From a virus, in the IMG/VR virus record IMGVR_UViG_3300044953_000102, positions 1-64,000 of that record: a stretch of 64,000 bases of DNA. The stretch is one strand, 5' to 3'. Under the pieces are notes generated by a model. That model was not told the DNA's origin. It saw only the letters and a program-made list of their open reading frames with translations, and did no database searches. Below, piece by piece: positions 39,561 through 47,898 of the stretch. Numbering within the stretch: position 1 is the stretch's first letter; the number at the start of each line of letters is the position of its first letter. The position numbers were made by a program, and so were the translations under genes.

Positions 39561-39919
39561 TTTACATATAGACCATTTGCAAAAAATAAAAGTAAACAAT
39601 AATGTTGGAGAGATACAAAACGATAGATTAATTACTTCTACCTTCCTTGTTGAAAATCTACTCTCTTTTCGATTGTTACATAGTTTTAGTTACCTACTGT
39701 ACTTGCGGCAACACTATTGCTTACTTCTTAAAATCACTTAAAGGAGCTACCTTTCGTTTAAAACGCTAATGAGTGATTTTATTTGTAACTTACAAAACCT
39801 ACAACAATAGGTACATCAGTTACAATGTTTTTCAACTTTAGGAAAACCAATACACTATTGTTCAAATAGTTTAATTGATTTTTAATGAACAAACCTGATT
39901 TAAATAGTTTACTCTATTT

Positions 39920-40112
39920 ACCCCTCTGCACTCAGTTTGTAATAGTAGCTTTGACGTGCTAATAGATGTCACTCTACTCAAATGTCAGGATTAGTTTTTT
40001 TCACCTGATTCTGGCTTGTTTGTTTACCAGCATTTGAACTATTACAAACTGCTCACCCTTACGGGTTAGTGCAAAGAGAAAATAAAGAGCAGTTTAATAT
40101 CATGCTCAGGAT
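39920..40112 (-). ncRNA. Candidate structured RNA (about 190 nt, multi-branch)
   Basis: Perfect 14-bp helix 39933-39946/40038-40051; outer helix with G-U wobbles on the - strand; accc-GTAA-gggt tetraloop. Confidence 0.6.
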
Positions 40113-40119
40113 AATGTTT

Positions 40120-40359
40120 TTAGTATATAGAATCTAAATCAGGAAGACCTGATTTAATTTCTTCTCTATACTGTTGTACAAGCCAGAGTTTATCTTCAAA
40201 CTCCATACTAGTAATTTCCCGGATTTTCTGTTCATCTAACTTTTCCCGGTAGTACTGTTTAGCAAAAACTAATAGTTCTTGATTAACTAATAGGTTCTGA
40301 TAAGCAAGAGTATCTGTATACTCTCTGTTGATAACTTGATTAATCATAGTTGCATTCAT
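40120..40359 (-). CDS. Hypothetical protein
   Basis: 79-aa ORF. Confidence 0.7.
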   Translation of the reverse strand: MNATMINQVINREYTDTLAYQNLLVNQELLVFAKQYYREKLDEQKIREITSMEFEDKLWLVQQYREEIKSGLPDLDSIY

Positions 40360-40455
40360 ATATATATGTTTAAAAGATTACGTAATTAAAAGTTAGCTAT
40401 ATTTTTTTATTATATAAATACTATAATAATATATAGTAATAATGTATAGGATGTA

Positions 40456-40631
40456 TGAGTAGTAAATGAGTAGTGAGTATAATACTCACATACTTAAACT
40501 CTCTTATCTAATACAGATTTCCGCGTAGAATTTTATTTAACTCTACAATTATTCTGTATCTTAATTAACCCATACAAAGTATTATAATAATATTATTTAT
40601 TTTTTGTTGAGTAGTATTGAGTATTGAGTAA
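40456..40631. repeat. Cluster of TGAGTA repeats in an AT-rich non-coding region
   Basis: TGAGTA at 40456, 40467, 40474, 40608, 40618, 40625; inverted TACTCA at 40483. Confidence 0.6.
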
Positions 40632-40706
40632 TATCTACTGATGTTAAACTCAATTACTATTTACTAAAAAAATCAGAAATAATGCGGTAACATTATTTCC
40701 CATTTC

Positions 40707-40732
40707 AAGTGAAGGGTTAGCAAAAAAGAGGG
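40707..40732 (-). promoter_or_regulatory. Repeated motif GCTAACCCT, copy 3 (candidate early promoter)
   Basis: ccctctttttTGCTAACCCTTcactt; related copies at 41271-41298 and 41577-41594. Confidence 0.5.
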
Positions 40733-40753
40733 TATTCTAATTACTAAAAAAAT

Positions 40754-40780
40754 GAAAAGTAGGACCTAAGTCCTACTTTC
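40754..40780 (-). terminator. Hairpin/terminator
   Basis: aaagtaggac-TTAG-gtcctactttt. Confidence 0.65.
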
Positions 40781-40794
40781 TCATCTCACAATGT

Positions 40795-41235
40795 CTACAA
40801 ATCTTCATTCAATGCAGCATCATCCCCATTTGCAACAGGTTCTTGTATGAATGCATTTGCAGTACTGCTGGATACTTTACCTGCACCAAATACTTTATCT
40901 GCAAGTCTATTTGCAAATGCAGTTGCAAGCACTGATGAAGTTTGCTCCAACATTTCCAATCTTGCAACATCTTTTCTTGTTTCAGATTGGTCTAATGTGA
41001 AGTTACCATCTTGTTTAAGATACAATGGTAGTTCATCTCTAAATGCATCCATATACATTGTATGCATTTGTGGTTCTCCACTTGCAGACTTCCGTGGATA
41101 TTGTTTGAACTGCGGGGAATTAATATATTGTTTAATTTCCTCGGTTGTACCTTTGATGGTATAAATATGGAAGGTTTTACCTTTTTGCTCACCTTCTTTA
41201 CGGATATAGTTCCCACTGTAAACTGCTTTCAACAT
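40795..41235 (-). CDS. Hypothetical early protein
   Basis: 146-aa ORF with its own upstream motif and terminator. Confidence 0.8.
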   Translation of the reverse strand: MLKAVYSGNYIRKEGEQKGKTFHIYTIKGTTEEIKQYINSPQFKQYPRKSASGEPQMHTMYMDAFRDELPLYLKQDGNFTLDQSETRKDVARLEMLEQTSSVLATAFANRLADKVFGAGKVSSSTANAFIQEPVANGDDAALNEDL

Positions 41236-41270
41236 AATGTTTAAGTTTTAGTTAATGAATAAATTATCAA

Positions 41271-41298
41271 GATAAGTTAAGGGTTAGCAAGTAGAGGG
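41271..41298 (-). promoter_or_regulatory. Repeated motif GCTAACCCT, copy 2
   Basis: ccctctactTGCTAACCCTTaacttatc, about 35 nt upstream of the ATG at 41235. Confidence 0.55.
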
Positions 41299-41318
41299 AA
41301 AAAAAAGAGAAAGACCTC

Positions 41319-41561
41319 CTAAGAGGTCTGGATCTTTTTGGCTTTACTGATGTAGATGGATTCATATCCAGCTGCATTAGTATAAAGCCTGTAAATGATT
41401 TCATACAATCCAGGAGATTGGATGGAATCTTTTACCACTGCTTTGGGGATTCTTGGAAGCCACAAATCAGTGTTGACTTTCTTTATAACATAGAGAAAGT
41501 CATGAGACTTACAAGGAAGGATGCTCACTAGAGCTGACTGAGTTGGAAGTTGTGTATTCAT
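41319..41561 (-). CDS. Hypothetical early protein (80 aa)
   Basis: Start taken at MNTQLPTQ; the longer call crosses the G-rich island. Confidence 0.6.
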   Translation of the reverse strand: MNTQLPTQSALVSILPCKSHDFLYVIKKVNTDLWLPRIPKAVVKDSIQSPGLYEIIYRLYTNAAGYESIYISKAKKIQTS

Positions 41562-41576
41562 AAAATTATATTTTAT

Positions 41577-41594
41577 GATAGGTTCAGGGTTAGC
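41577..41594 (-). promoter_or_regulatory. Repeated motif GCTAACCCT, copy 1
   Basis: GCTAACCCTgaacctatc, 15 nt upstream of the ATG at 41561. Confidence 0.5.
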
Positions 41595-41649
41595 CCATGC
41601 AAGACAGACAAGAAACTTTTTTTCCCAGAGGATAAAAAAGTTTTTTTTC

Positions 41650-41738
41650 TGGCTGATGCAGACACGTGTGCTGGCAGAGACAGGGGGGTACCCACCCTGG
41701 CTGCGGCTGGGGGGTGGCTGCTGCAGGGGGGTCCACAC
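41650..41738. other. GC-rich island with three G6 tracts at the strand-divergence point (possible genome end / packaging site)
   Basis: GGGGGG at 41683, 41709 and 41726 in an otherwise AT-rich genome. Confidence 0.5.
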
Positions 41739-41781
41739 AATCTCTAATGCAAAATATTTTTGGTGCCAAAGAAAATTTTTG

Positions 41782-41795
41782 TATATTATTATGTA
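41782..41795 (+). promoter_or_regulatory. Phage promoter-like motif TATATTATTATGTA
   Basis: Identical to 28737-28750; heads the + strand block. Confidence 0.55.
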
Positions 41796-41813
41796 ACCCA
41801 TTAAAACAAAAGA

Positions 41814-42740
41814 ATGGAGGTTAAAAAGATTAGTAAGAATATACACAATGTTATTTTTACTGGAAAAACAGCAGAGGTTGCTGTATTGTCAGACATACAC
41901 TGGGATAACTCACACTGTGATAGAAAGCTTTTAAAGAAACATCTTAATTACTGTAAGGAGAATAATATACCTGTGGTTATTGTAGGGGATCTATTCTGTC
42001 TTATGCAAGGTAGAGGAGATAATAGGAGGAATAAGTCAGATATACTCCCGGAACATAATAATGCATTTTACTTAGATTCAATTGTAGATACTGCCGTGGA
42101 GTGGTTTAAACCATATGCTGATATTATCAAGGTAATTGGTTATGGTAATCATGAGACCGGGATAATTAAGTACCAAGAGACTGATGTACTGAAGAGGTTT
42201 GTTGAGATAATGAATCTTAAGTATAATTCTAATATACAGGTTGGAGGTTATGGTGGCTGGATAGTGTATAGTTTACACTATAGAAAAAATGCTGTGTCTT
42301 CATTTAAGCATAAGTACTATCATGGTTCTGGCGGGGGAGGTATTGTGACTAAAGGTGCTTTGAATCTTACTAGAGCCTTAGAGATGTATGAGGATATGGA
42401 TCTATTTACTATGGGACATATACATGAGAACTCTTCCCGTAATGATGTTAGAGAAGGATTATTATATCACAATAGTAAATATAAGATCCAACAAAGACAG
42501 ATCAATCATTGTATTACTGGGACATACAAAGAAGAGTATGGTGAAGGATCACATGGTTGGCATATAGAGAGAGGTGCTCCTCCTAAACCATTAGGTGGTA
42601 GAATAATAACTTTTTCTGTAAAAGATTCAGTTGATGAAGACGGTAAAAATTATATAGAAAAAAAGTGGATAGTAAATCTTTTCCAATTTAATTTATATAT
42701 TTGCTTATCTAGCAAAAAACGGCAAGGGGTCTGGAGGTGA
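41814..42740 (+). CDS. Calcineurin-like metallophosphoesterase
   Basis: SDIH, VGDL, GNHE, HG, GHIH; the C-terminus may be frameshifted near 42660. Confidence 0.85.
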   Translation: MEVKKISKNIHNVIFTGKTAEVAVLSDIHWDNSHCDRKLLKKHLNYCKENNIPVVIVGDLFCLMQGRGDNRRNKSDILPEHNNAFYLDSIVDTAVEWFKPYADIIKVIGYGNHETGIIKYQETDVLKRFVEIMNLKYNSNIQVGGYGGWIVYSLHYRKNAVSSFKHKYYHGSGGGGIVTKGALNLTRALEMYEDMDLFTMGHIHENSSRNDVREGLLYHNSKYKIQQRQINHCITGTYKEEYGEGSHGWHIERGAPPKPLGGRIITFSVKDSVDEDGKNYIEKKWIVNLFQFNLYICLSSKKRQGVWR

Positions 42741-42760
42741 AAGCCCAGACCTTTTGTTTT
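42728..42760 (+). terminator. Intrinsic terminator-like hairpin
   Basis: ggtctgg...ccagacc followed by tttt. Confidence 0.55.
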
Positions 42761-42773
42761 AAAAAGACTTGGT

Positions 42774-43217
42774 ATGAAAAAGTATGACATGGGTAAATAC
42801 GTTCTATTAGCAGGTAATAATGCTACTGAAGTATTTGACCATTATGATGTTAAAGAGATGCATGGGTTAAATCGTAAAGATGCTCAAGCTGAAGAAGTGG
42901 ATAAGACTACTGGCAATGGAGTTTATATCTATGGACTTACTAACTATGATCCTTCAGATAAGAAACTTACCGCAAAAGATCCATACAAACCATTTCTATT
43001 TATTAACCTAGGAACATTCAAGAAGTATAGCCTTACAGAAAAAGCCACAGCTGTTATGCATGAAACCATGCACATGAGTATCTTGCTAAACAACTGGAAG
43101 ATTGCTGATAAGGAAGAAGAAGTTATTACCTTTGCTGAAGATGAGGCAAATAAGATCATTGAGAAATTAGGGTTTAGTTCTAAGGAACAACCTAAGAAAA
43201 ACTTCTTTAAAAAATAA
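42774..43217 (+). CDS. Hypothetical protein with HExxH motif
   Basis: VMHETMH...EE. Confidence 0.7.
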   Translation: MKKYDMGKYVLLAGNNATEVFDHYDVKEMHGLNRKDAQAEEVDKTTGNGVYIYGLTNYDPSDKKLTAKDPYKPFLFINLGTFKKYSLTEKATAVMHETMHMSILLNNWKIADKEEEVITFAEDEANKIIEKLGFSSKEQPKKNFFKK

Positions 43218-43849
43218 TGGCATACATAGAACACAACTTCTTTCCTCTCAAGTTGTTTGTTAGAAATGAGTATATGTACCAAGGTACTAAAGGTCATGGA
43301 GAATTTACCCCGGGGGTAATTATATCTGTAAGATGTCTACCGGGACAAGCTGTATTGTTCCAGGTGCTGTTAGAGAATGGTGTACTTAGAGACAAGTTAC
43401 CAAGTCACGCTTTACTAACAAAACCAGAATTACCAGAACCCGATCTACCCTTTCATTACTTACAGATATGGAATTGTTTCTCTTACAACTTTACTCTTAT
43501 AAACTTATCTTATCTGTATAATACACCAGTAGAAGTATACATGAAGGATAAAAAGTTCTATCCGGGTAGTTACTATGCTACAATAAACTGGGGTAGTGGA
43601 GATATTAACACTGACATATCTTTAGCAGAAGATCCATTAGAGCATAAGAGTCATCACATTATATTACTTGATAATGGGCAGATAGCATTACAACCAAATA
43701 ATAGAATTAAGTGGTCTGAACCAAGCTTTGTAACTAAACCTTTTCCTGAAAGACCTGATTACTTAGTCAATAAAGATTACTATAACTGTGAAGGATTTGA
43801 TAAGTGGCATACAGAAGATTCAGAAAGAATGTTCTATGACAATGAATAA
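43217..43849 (+). CDS. Conserved phage hypothetical protein
   Basis: VRNEY..GHGEF..WNCFSY..EHKSHH..GQIALQPNNRI.W. Confidence 0.75.
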   Translation: MAYIEHNFFPLKLFVRNEYMYQGTKGHGEFTPGVIISVRCLPGQAVLFQVLLENGVLRDKLPSHALLTKPELPEPDLPFHYLQIWNCFSYNFTLINLSYLYNTPVEVYMKDKKFYPGSYYATINWGSGDINTDISLAEDPLEHKSHHIILLDNGQIALQPNNRIKWSEPSFVTKPFPERPDYLVNKDYYNCEGFDKWHTEDSERMFYDNE

Positions 43850-44029
43850 ATTTTTAACTTTTTAAGTTTAAATAAAAAATGTTTTTATATTTGCCTTATA
43901 TCAAATTTATGTGTTGTTTAAAAAGAGATGACATTAGCGCAAAAAAAGTTATAATTGCTTGTTGCAAAGAAAACAGGATCTAACCTAGAATTCCGTATGA
44001 TATATGACGAATTAATTAAACAATTAAAT

Positions 44030-44230
44030 ATGGCAGAAAAATCAATAATGTTATCCATAGTAGAAACTGAACAGGGAATGGAGGTACACATAAATGAAAA
44101 AGCTTATGGTAATTTAGGCCTAGTTGGTTTGATAGAACAAATTAAGTTATCTTTACTATCTGACTCTGATATGAAATCAGAAAAAAGAGAAAAAATTTCT
44201 GAGTCAACTTCTCAGAGATACGATGCATAA
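44030..44230 (+). CDS. Hypothetical protein
   Basis: Start taken at MAEKSIM. Confidence 0.6.
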   Translation: MAEKSIMLSIVETEQGMEVHINEKAYGNLGLVGLIEQIKLSLLSDSDMKSEKREKISESTSQRYDA

Positions 44231-44247
44231 TAAATAAAACCAACAAC

Positions 44248-44526
44248 ATGAAAAGTCTAAGAAGTAAAAGAGTATTGTTAACAATGCCAGAATTAAAAAA
44301 ATCATCAGTTGAATTATCTGCTAAAGATGAAGAAACAATCATGCAAGAAACTATGAAAAAATGGTTAAAGCTTGAAGTCTTTGCCGTAGGAGATGAAGTT
44401 ACTGATATAAAAAAAGGAGATAAAGTCTATGTTCAAACATATGCTCTACAATCTGGGGAAAAAATTGAAATAGATGGCAGTATAAAACTTATGATTAATG
44501 ATACTGCTATTGCAATAATTTGGTAA
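44248..44526 (+). CDS. groES: GroES/Cpn10-like co-chaperonin
   Basis: KRVLL..EVFAVGDEVTDIKKGDKV..IDG..LMINDTAIAII. Confidence 0.7.
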   Translation: MKSLRSKRVLLTMPELKKSSVELSAKDEETIMQETMKKWLKLEVFAVGDEVTDIKKGDKVYVQTYALQSGEKIEIDGSIKLMINDTAIAIIW

Positions 44527-44527
44527 A

Positions 44528-44719
44528 ATGAAATTAATAATATTTATACTAGGACTATTTGTAATTGTAATTATGTTTTTTTTAGCAAAAGCATTAAATA
44601 AACCTATATACAATAAAATGCACAATGTTTGGCATGATGATCCTTATGGAAGAACTATTGCTGATTTTTGTATTATAATAGCAATAGTTACTGCTTTTAT
44701 TATTGGTATACTACTATAG
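44528..44719 (+). CDS. Small two-TM membrane protein
   Basis: Two hydrophobic helices. Confidence 0.7.
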   Translation: MKLIIFILGLFVIVIMFFLAKALNKPIYNKMHNVWHDDPYGRTIADFCIIIAIVTAFIIGILL

Positions 44720-44760
44720 CCTGTATCTCTCTTCTCCAAGGTTAATACAAACCAGGCTAG

Positions 44761-44788
44761 TCCCCAGATTTTTTTCTGGGGATTTTTT
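44761..44788 (+). terminator. Intrinsic terminator
   Basis: tccccaga...tctgggga followed by T6. Confidence 0.7.
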
Positions 44789-44808
44789 GTTTTCTAAATT
44801 ATTTTTCG

Positions 44809-44822
44809 TATATTATAGTATA
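44809..44822 (+). promoter_or_regulatory. Phage promoter-like motif TATATTATAGTATA
   Basis: Identical to 63275-63288. Confidence 0.55.
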
Positions 44823-44842
44823 TTTATTAAATAACAACAACC

Positions 44843-45343
44843 ATGGACATTTTAAATTTTATATACCTTAAGACTAAAGAGTTAATTAAACCAACTATTA
44901 ATAATGTTAATGAAGATATTATTCCTTTAGGTGCATATCTAGGACCTGTTAAAAAAGGTGATAGTTATTTAACTTATGGTATGACAATTCAGAATTTTGC
45001 AAATGCAATTTCTGCATTCTTACCAGTTAACAATACTGGATTTGTTACTCAAACAGGTAGTTCTGGAAATCCAGTAACTTTAAATACTTTAAGTGGTATA
45101 ATTACTACTGTATCTTTGACTAATCTACCAAATACTTCTATTACTTTTCAGTTATTTAATAGTAATATTACAACAAACTCTGTTTTTTTAGCATCAATAA
45201 ATTATACAGATGCTGGCTTAACAGGTACACCAGTAGTTAGAACTGAAACAGGAAATGGTGTAACAAAAATTACAATAACAAATGTGGATCCAGCAATAAG
45301 TTTAAATAATGTTGCTAAAATTCACTTTACAATAATAAATTAA
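44843..45343 (+). CDS. Putative structural / tail-fibre-associated protein
   Basis: T/N-rich beta-type sequence. Confidence 0.55.
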   Translation: MDILNFIYLKTKELIKPTINNVNEDIIPLGAYLGPVKKGDSYLTYGMTIQNFANAISAFLPVNNTGFVTQTGSSGNPVTLNTLSGIITTVSLTNLPNTSITFQLFNSNITTNSVFLASINYTDAGLTGTPVVRTETGNGVTKITITNVDPAISLNNVAKIHFTIIN

Positions 45344-45345
45344 TT

Positions 45346-45690
45346 ATGTCAATAGGAAATTTAAAAGATTACGGAAATAAGGGAAATAATTTTCCTTGGC
45401 AATTAAAAGTACTTGAAGGACTTCAAAGTATTTATAATGCTTTAACTGGTTCTGCAACTGGTCAAGTAAGAACTGCAAATATTCTTAATACATCTGGAGC
45501 AGGATCAATTCCAGCAGGAGCATATAGTTTTTCAGTTGCTAATGTTGGTGCTGCTAGTGGAACTTTTTTAGGGCAAACTATTCCTGCAGGTGCAACAGTT
45601 AATTTTGATGCTGGAGCTATGAGTAATACTTTTTTAGGAGCAGCATACAATGCAACTGGTACAACATTTCTAATAACTTGGGTATCTTAA
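45346..45690 (+). CDS. Putative structural protein
   Basis: GNKGNNFPWQLKVLEGL followed by a G/A/T-rich domain. Confidence 0.55.
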   Translation: MSIGNLKDYGNKGNNFPWQLKVLEGLQSIYNALTGSATGQVRTANILNTSGAGSIPAGAYSFSVANVGAASGTFLGQTIPAGATVNFDAGAMSNTFLGAAYNATGTTFLITWVS

Positions 45691-45736
45691 TACAATGCCA
45701 ACTTCAATTGATCAGTAATGTATAAAGTTAATTAAT

Positions 45737-46225
45737 ATGAAAAAGTTATATATAGTTAGTTTAGTATTAGTATTTATTACTTCTTGTTCATTAGAAAAAA
45801 AGCTTGCAAAATATTGTCCTTTGTGTACCCAAAAGGATAGTACAGTAACAGTTATACAGTACAGAGATACCACAATAGAGATCCCAGGAGAAACTGTATT
45901 TATAGAAGATACATTATTCTGTGATTCTCTTGGTAATGTATATGCTTCTAGACTATCTGAAAAAGATGGAACAATACTTAAACTTCAAGCTAGAATAAAA
46001 GACAATAAATACAAAGTAATTGCTAAGACAGATACTATTTATAAACTTGTACCCGGTAATACTATTTACAAAACACAAGTAGTAACTAAAACAATAAAAC
46101 CTGAAAAAATAAAATATATCCCTGGTTGGATTAATTTCTTAGCATGGTTAGGCGGTATATGGCTAATAATTATTATAATATATACTATATATCGTTTTAT
46201 TAAATCTCAAATACCTACAATATGA
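45737..46225 (+). CDS. Putative unimolecular spanin
   Basis: N-terminal lipobox FITS-C plus C-terminal TM helix; adjacent to holin and endolysin. Confidence 0.65.
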   Translation: MKKLYIVSLVLVFITSCSLEKKLAKYCPLCTQKDSTVTVIQYRDTTIEIPGETVFIEDTLFCDSLGNVYASRLSEKDGTILKLQARIKDNKYKVIAKTDTIYKLVPGNTIYKTQVVTKTIKPEKIKYIPGWINFLAWLGGIWLIIIIIYTIYRFIKSQIPTI

Positions 46226-46713
46226 AAACACAATTAACAATACTAGCAACGACGATACAGAATAAGTGGCCTCTGTACCTATCAATGATGAGTGCATTCT
46301 TCATGCCTATCACGGGGCTTATGTTTATGATTGGATTTTCTATAGCTGTGGATACTATTACAGGAGTTTGGAAGGCACGTAAACTCAAACAACCTATTAC
46401 ATCATCTAGACTATCTGCTGTCATTAGTAAGATGTTACTATATGAATTTACTGTTATATTATTCTATTTAATTGATTATTTTATCCTCAATGATATTGTT
46501 CTTATTTTTTTCAGTATACCTTTAATGCTAACTAAGATGTTGGCATTGGTCCTAGTATCCATTGAAGTGGTGAGTATCAATGAAAATTACAAGGCGGTGA
46601 AGGGAATAGACCTGTGGGTAAGTGCTAAGAATTTAATATCACGAGCAAAAGAATTGAAAAAAGATGCAGATGAAATTAGATCTAACGAAAATAGTTCAGG
46701 AGAGACTAGATAA
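46222..46713 (+). CDS. Holin (toxin-secretion/phage-lysis type)
   Basis: DTITGVWKA..ITSSRL..K..E.VSINEN with several TM segments. Confidence 0.8.
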   Translation: MKTQLTILATTIQNKWPLYLSMMSAFFMPITGLMFMIGFSIAVDTITGVWKARKLKQPITSSRLSAVISKMLLYEFTVILFYLIDYFILNDIVLIFFSIPLMLTKMLALVLVSIEVVSINENYKAVKGIDLWVSAKNLISRAKELKKDADEIRSNENSSGETR

Positions 46714-47317
46714 TAACCAGTATTTCCATGAAGATTTTGATAAAAAACAGATATATCTTCACCATACAGCAGGTAATGGTAATGCTGTGGGGGTGGCTAA
46801 GTTCTGGAATAGCAATGATACAAGAATAGCTACTGCCTTTGTCATTGGAAACAATGGTACAATAGTACAATGTTTTAGTTCCAAGCACTGGGCCTATCAC
46901 CTTGGCATTGATAGTCAAGACTTTCAAATGCATGGCCTCCGGTATCAGAACCTCAACAAACTTAGTGTTGGCATTGAGGTGTGCAACTGGGGCCCACTTA
47001 AGCAGATCAATGGTAAGTACCTCAACTATGTTAAGGGTGTGGTAGTTCCTTCGGAGGTAACTATCCTGGAAAAGCCATTCAAAGGTCATGTTCTATGGCA
47101 TAAATACACGGATCAGCAGATAGAAAGCACTCGGCAGTTACTTGTGTATCTATGTGAGACATACAACATACCCAAGGCATACCGTAAAGAGATATGGGCC
47201 ATTGATAAGGAAGCCTTCAAGGGTACACCTGGCATTTACACCCACAATTCAGTGAGGAAGGATAAGAGTGATATCTACCCATGCCCTCGAATGTTAGCAA
47301 TGTTACAGAACCTATAA
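46670..47317 (+). CDS. Endolysin, N-acetylmuramoyl-L-alanine amidase (Amidase_2)
   Basis: IYLHHTAG, WAYHLG, SVGIEVCN, YTDQQIES, H..VRKDKSD..P. Confidence 0.9.
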   Translation: MKLDLTKIVQERLDNNQYFHEDFDKKQIYLHHTAGNGNAVGVAKFWNSNDTRIATAFVIGNNGTIVQCFSSKHWAYHLGIDSQDFQMHGLRYQNLNKLSVGIEVCNWGPLKQINGKYLNYVKGVVVPSEVTILEKPFKGHVLWHKYTDQQIESTRQLLVYLCETYNIPKAYRKEIWAIDKEAFKGTPGIYTHNSVRKDKSDIYPCPRMLAMLQNL

Positions 47318-47318
47318 T

Positions 47319-47477
47319 ATGAAATTTAGAAACTCTTGGAAATCATCCACAAAACAATGGGATAAAATAATGATAAGAATAAGAATTTCTTCATTAGATA
47401 TCTTTTCATTTGAAATAGATATCTCCAGAAACTTTTATTTATTATCAATATTAAACTTCACAATTAAAAATAGATAA
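47319..47477 (+). CDS. Small hypothetical protein (52 aa; not in ORF track)
   Basis: MKFRNSWKSSTKQWDKIMIRIRIS...; starts right after the amidase stop. Confidence 0.6.
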   Translation: MKFRNSWKSSTKQWDKIMIRIRISSLDIFSFEIDISRNFYLLSILNFTIKNR

Positions 47478-47503
47478 TACTTTATCTTCTCTATATAAAG
47501 TAA

Positions 47504-47534
47504 TCTAGGTATATAGTATACCTGGATTTTTTTT
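47504..47534 (+). terminator. Intrinsic terminator
   Basis: tctaggtata...tatacctgga followed by T8. Confidence 0.65.
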
Positions 47535-47595
47535 GTTTAAATCTTTTCTATTTAAACTTTTATAGTATATTTGTGTAAACTTTAATTAATATATC

Positions 47596-47898
47596 ATGGA
47601 AAACCAACAAATGAATGAGGAGTTAACTCCTGAGCAATTAGAAGCAAGAAGAGATGAAATGAAACAATTTTATGAAAATTCTCTTCCCTATCTTGAAGCA
47701 CAAGCAAAGTATGAAAAATTACTTACTGAGGTTGAAGAAGCAAGATATAAAAGAGCAACAATGCAACTTCAGTATGCATCAATGATGGCTGCTACACAAC
47801 CACCAATGGAAGATGAAGAAGAAGATTTTCCAACACAAACACCACCAAAACCTGTAGCACAAGCACCAGCTAGAGGTAAAAAATTAAAAAGAGGTTAA
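47596..47898 (+). CDS. Coiled-coil hypothetical protein
   Basis: Preceded by TATATTTG. Confidence 0.75.
   Translation: MENQQMNEELTPEQLEARRDEMKQFYENSLPYLEAQAKYEKLLTEVEEARYKRATMQLQYASMMAATQPPMEDEEEDFPTQTPPKPVAQAPARGKKLKRG

Noticed and set aside
39553-39741. 62-aa + strand ORF
   Set aside because: Opposite to local transcription, no recognisable motif, lies between the structured elements.
38572-40790. CRISPR array or reverse-transcriptase-linked repeat array in the non-coding region
   Set aside because: No regularly spaced direct repeats with unique spacers, and no cas or RT gene in the window.
41550-41846. ORFs crossing the GC-rich island, including the 5' extension of 41319-41846
   Set aside because: Open frames are explained by local high GC; they overlap promoter motifs and the phosphoesterase start.
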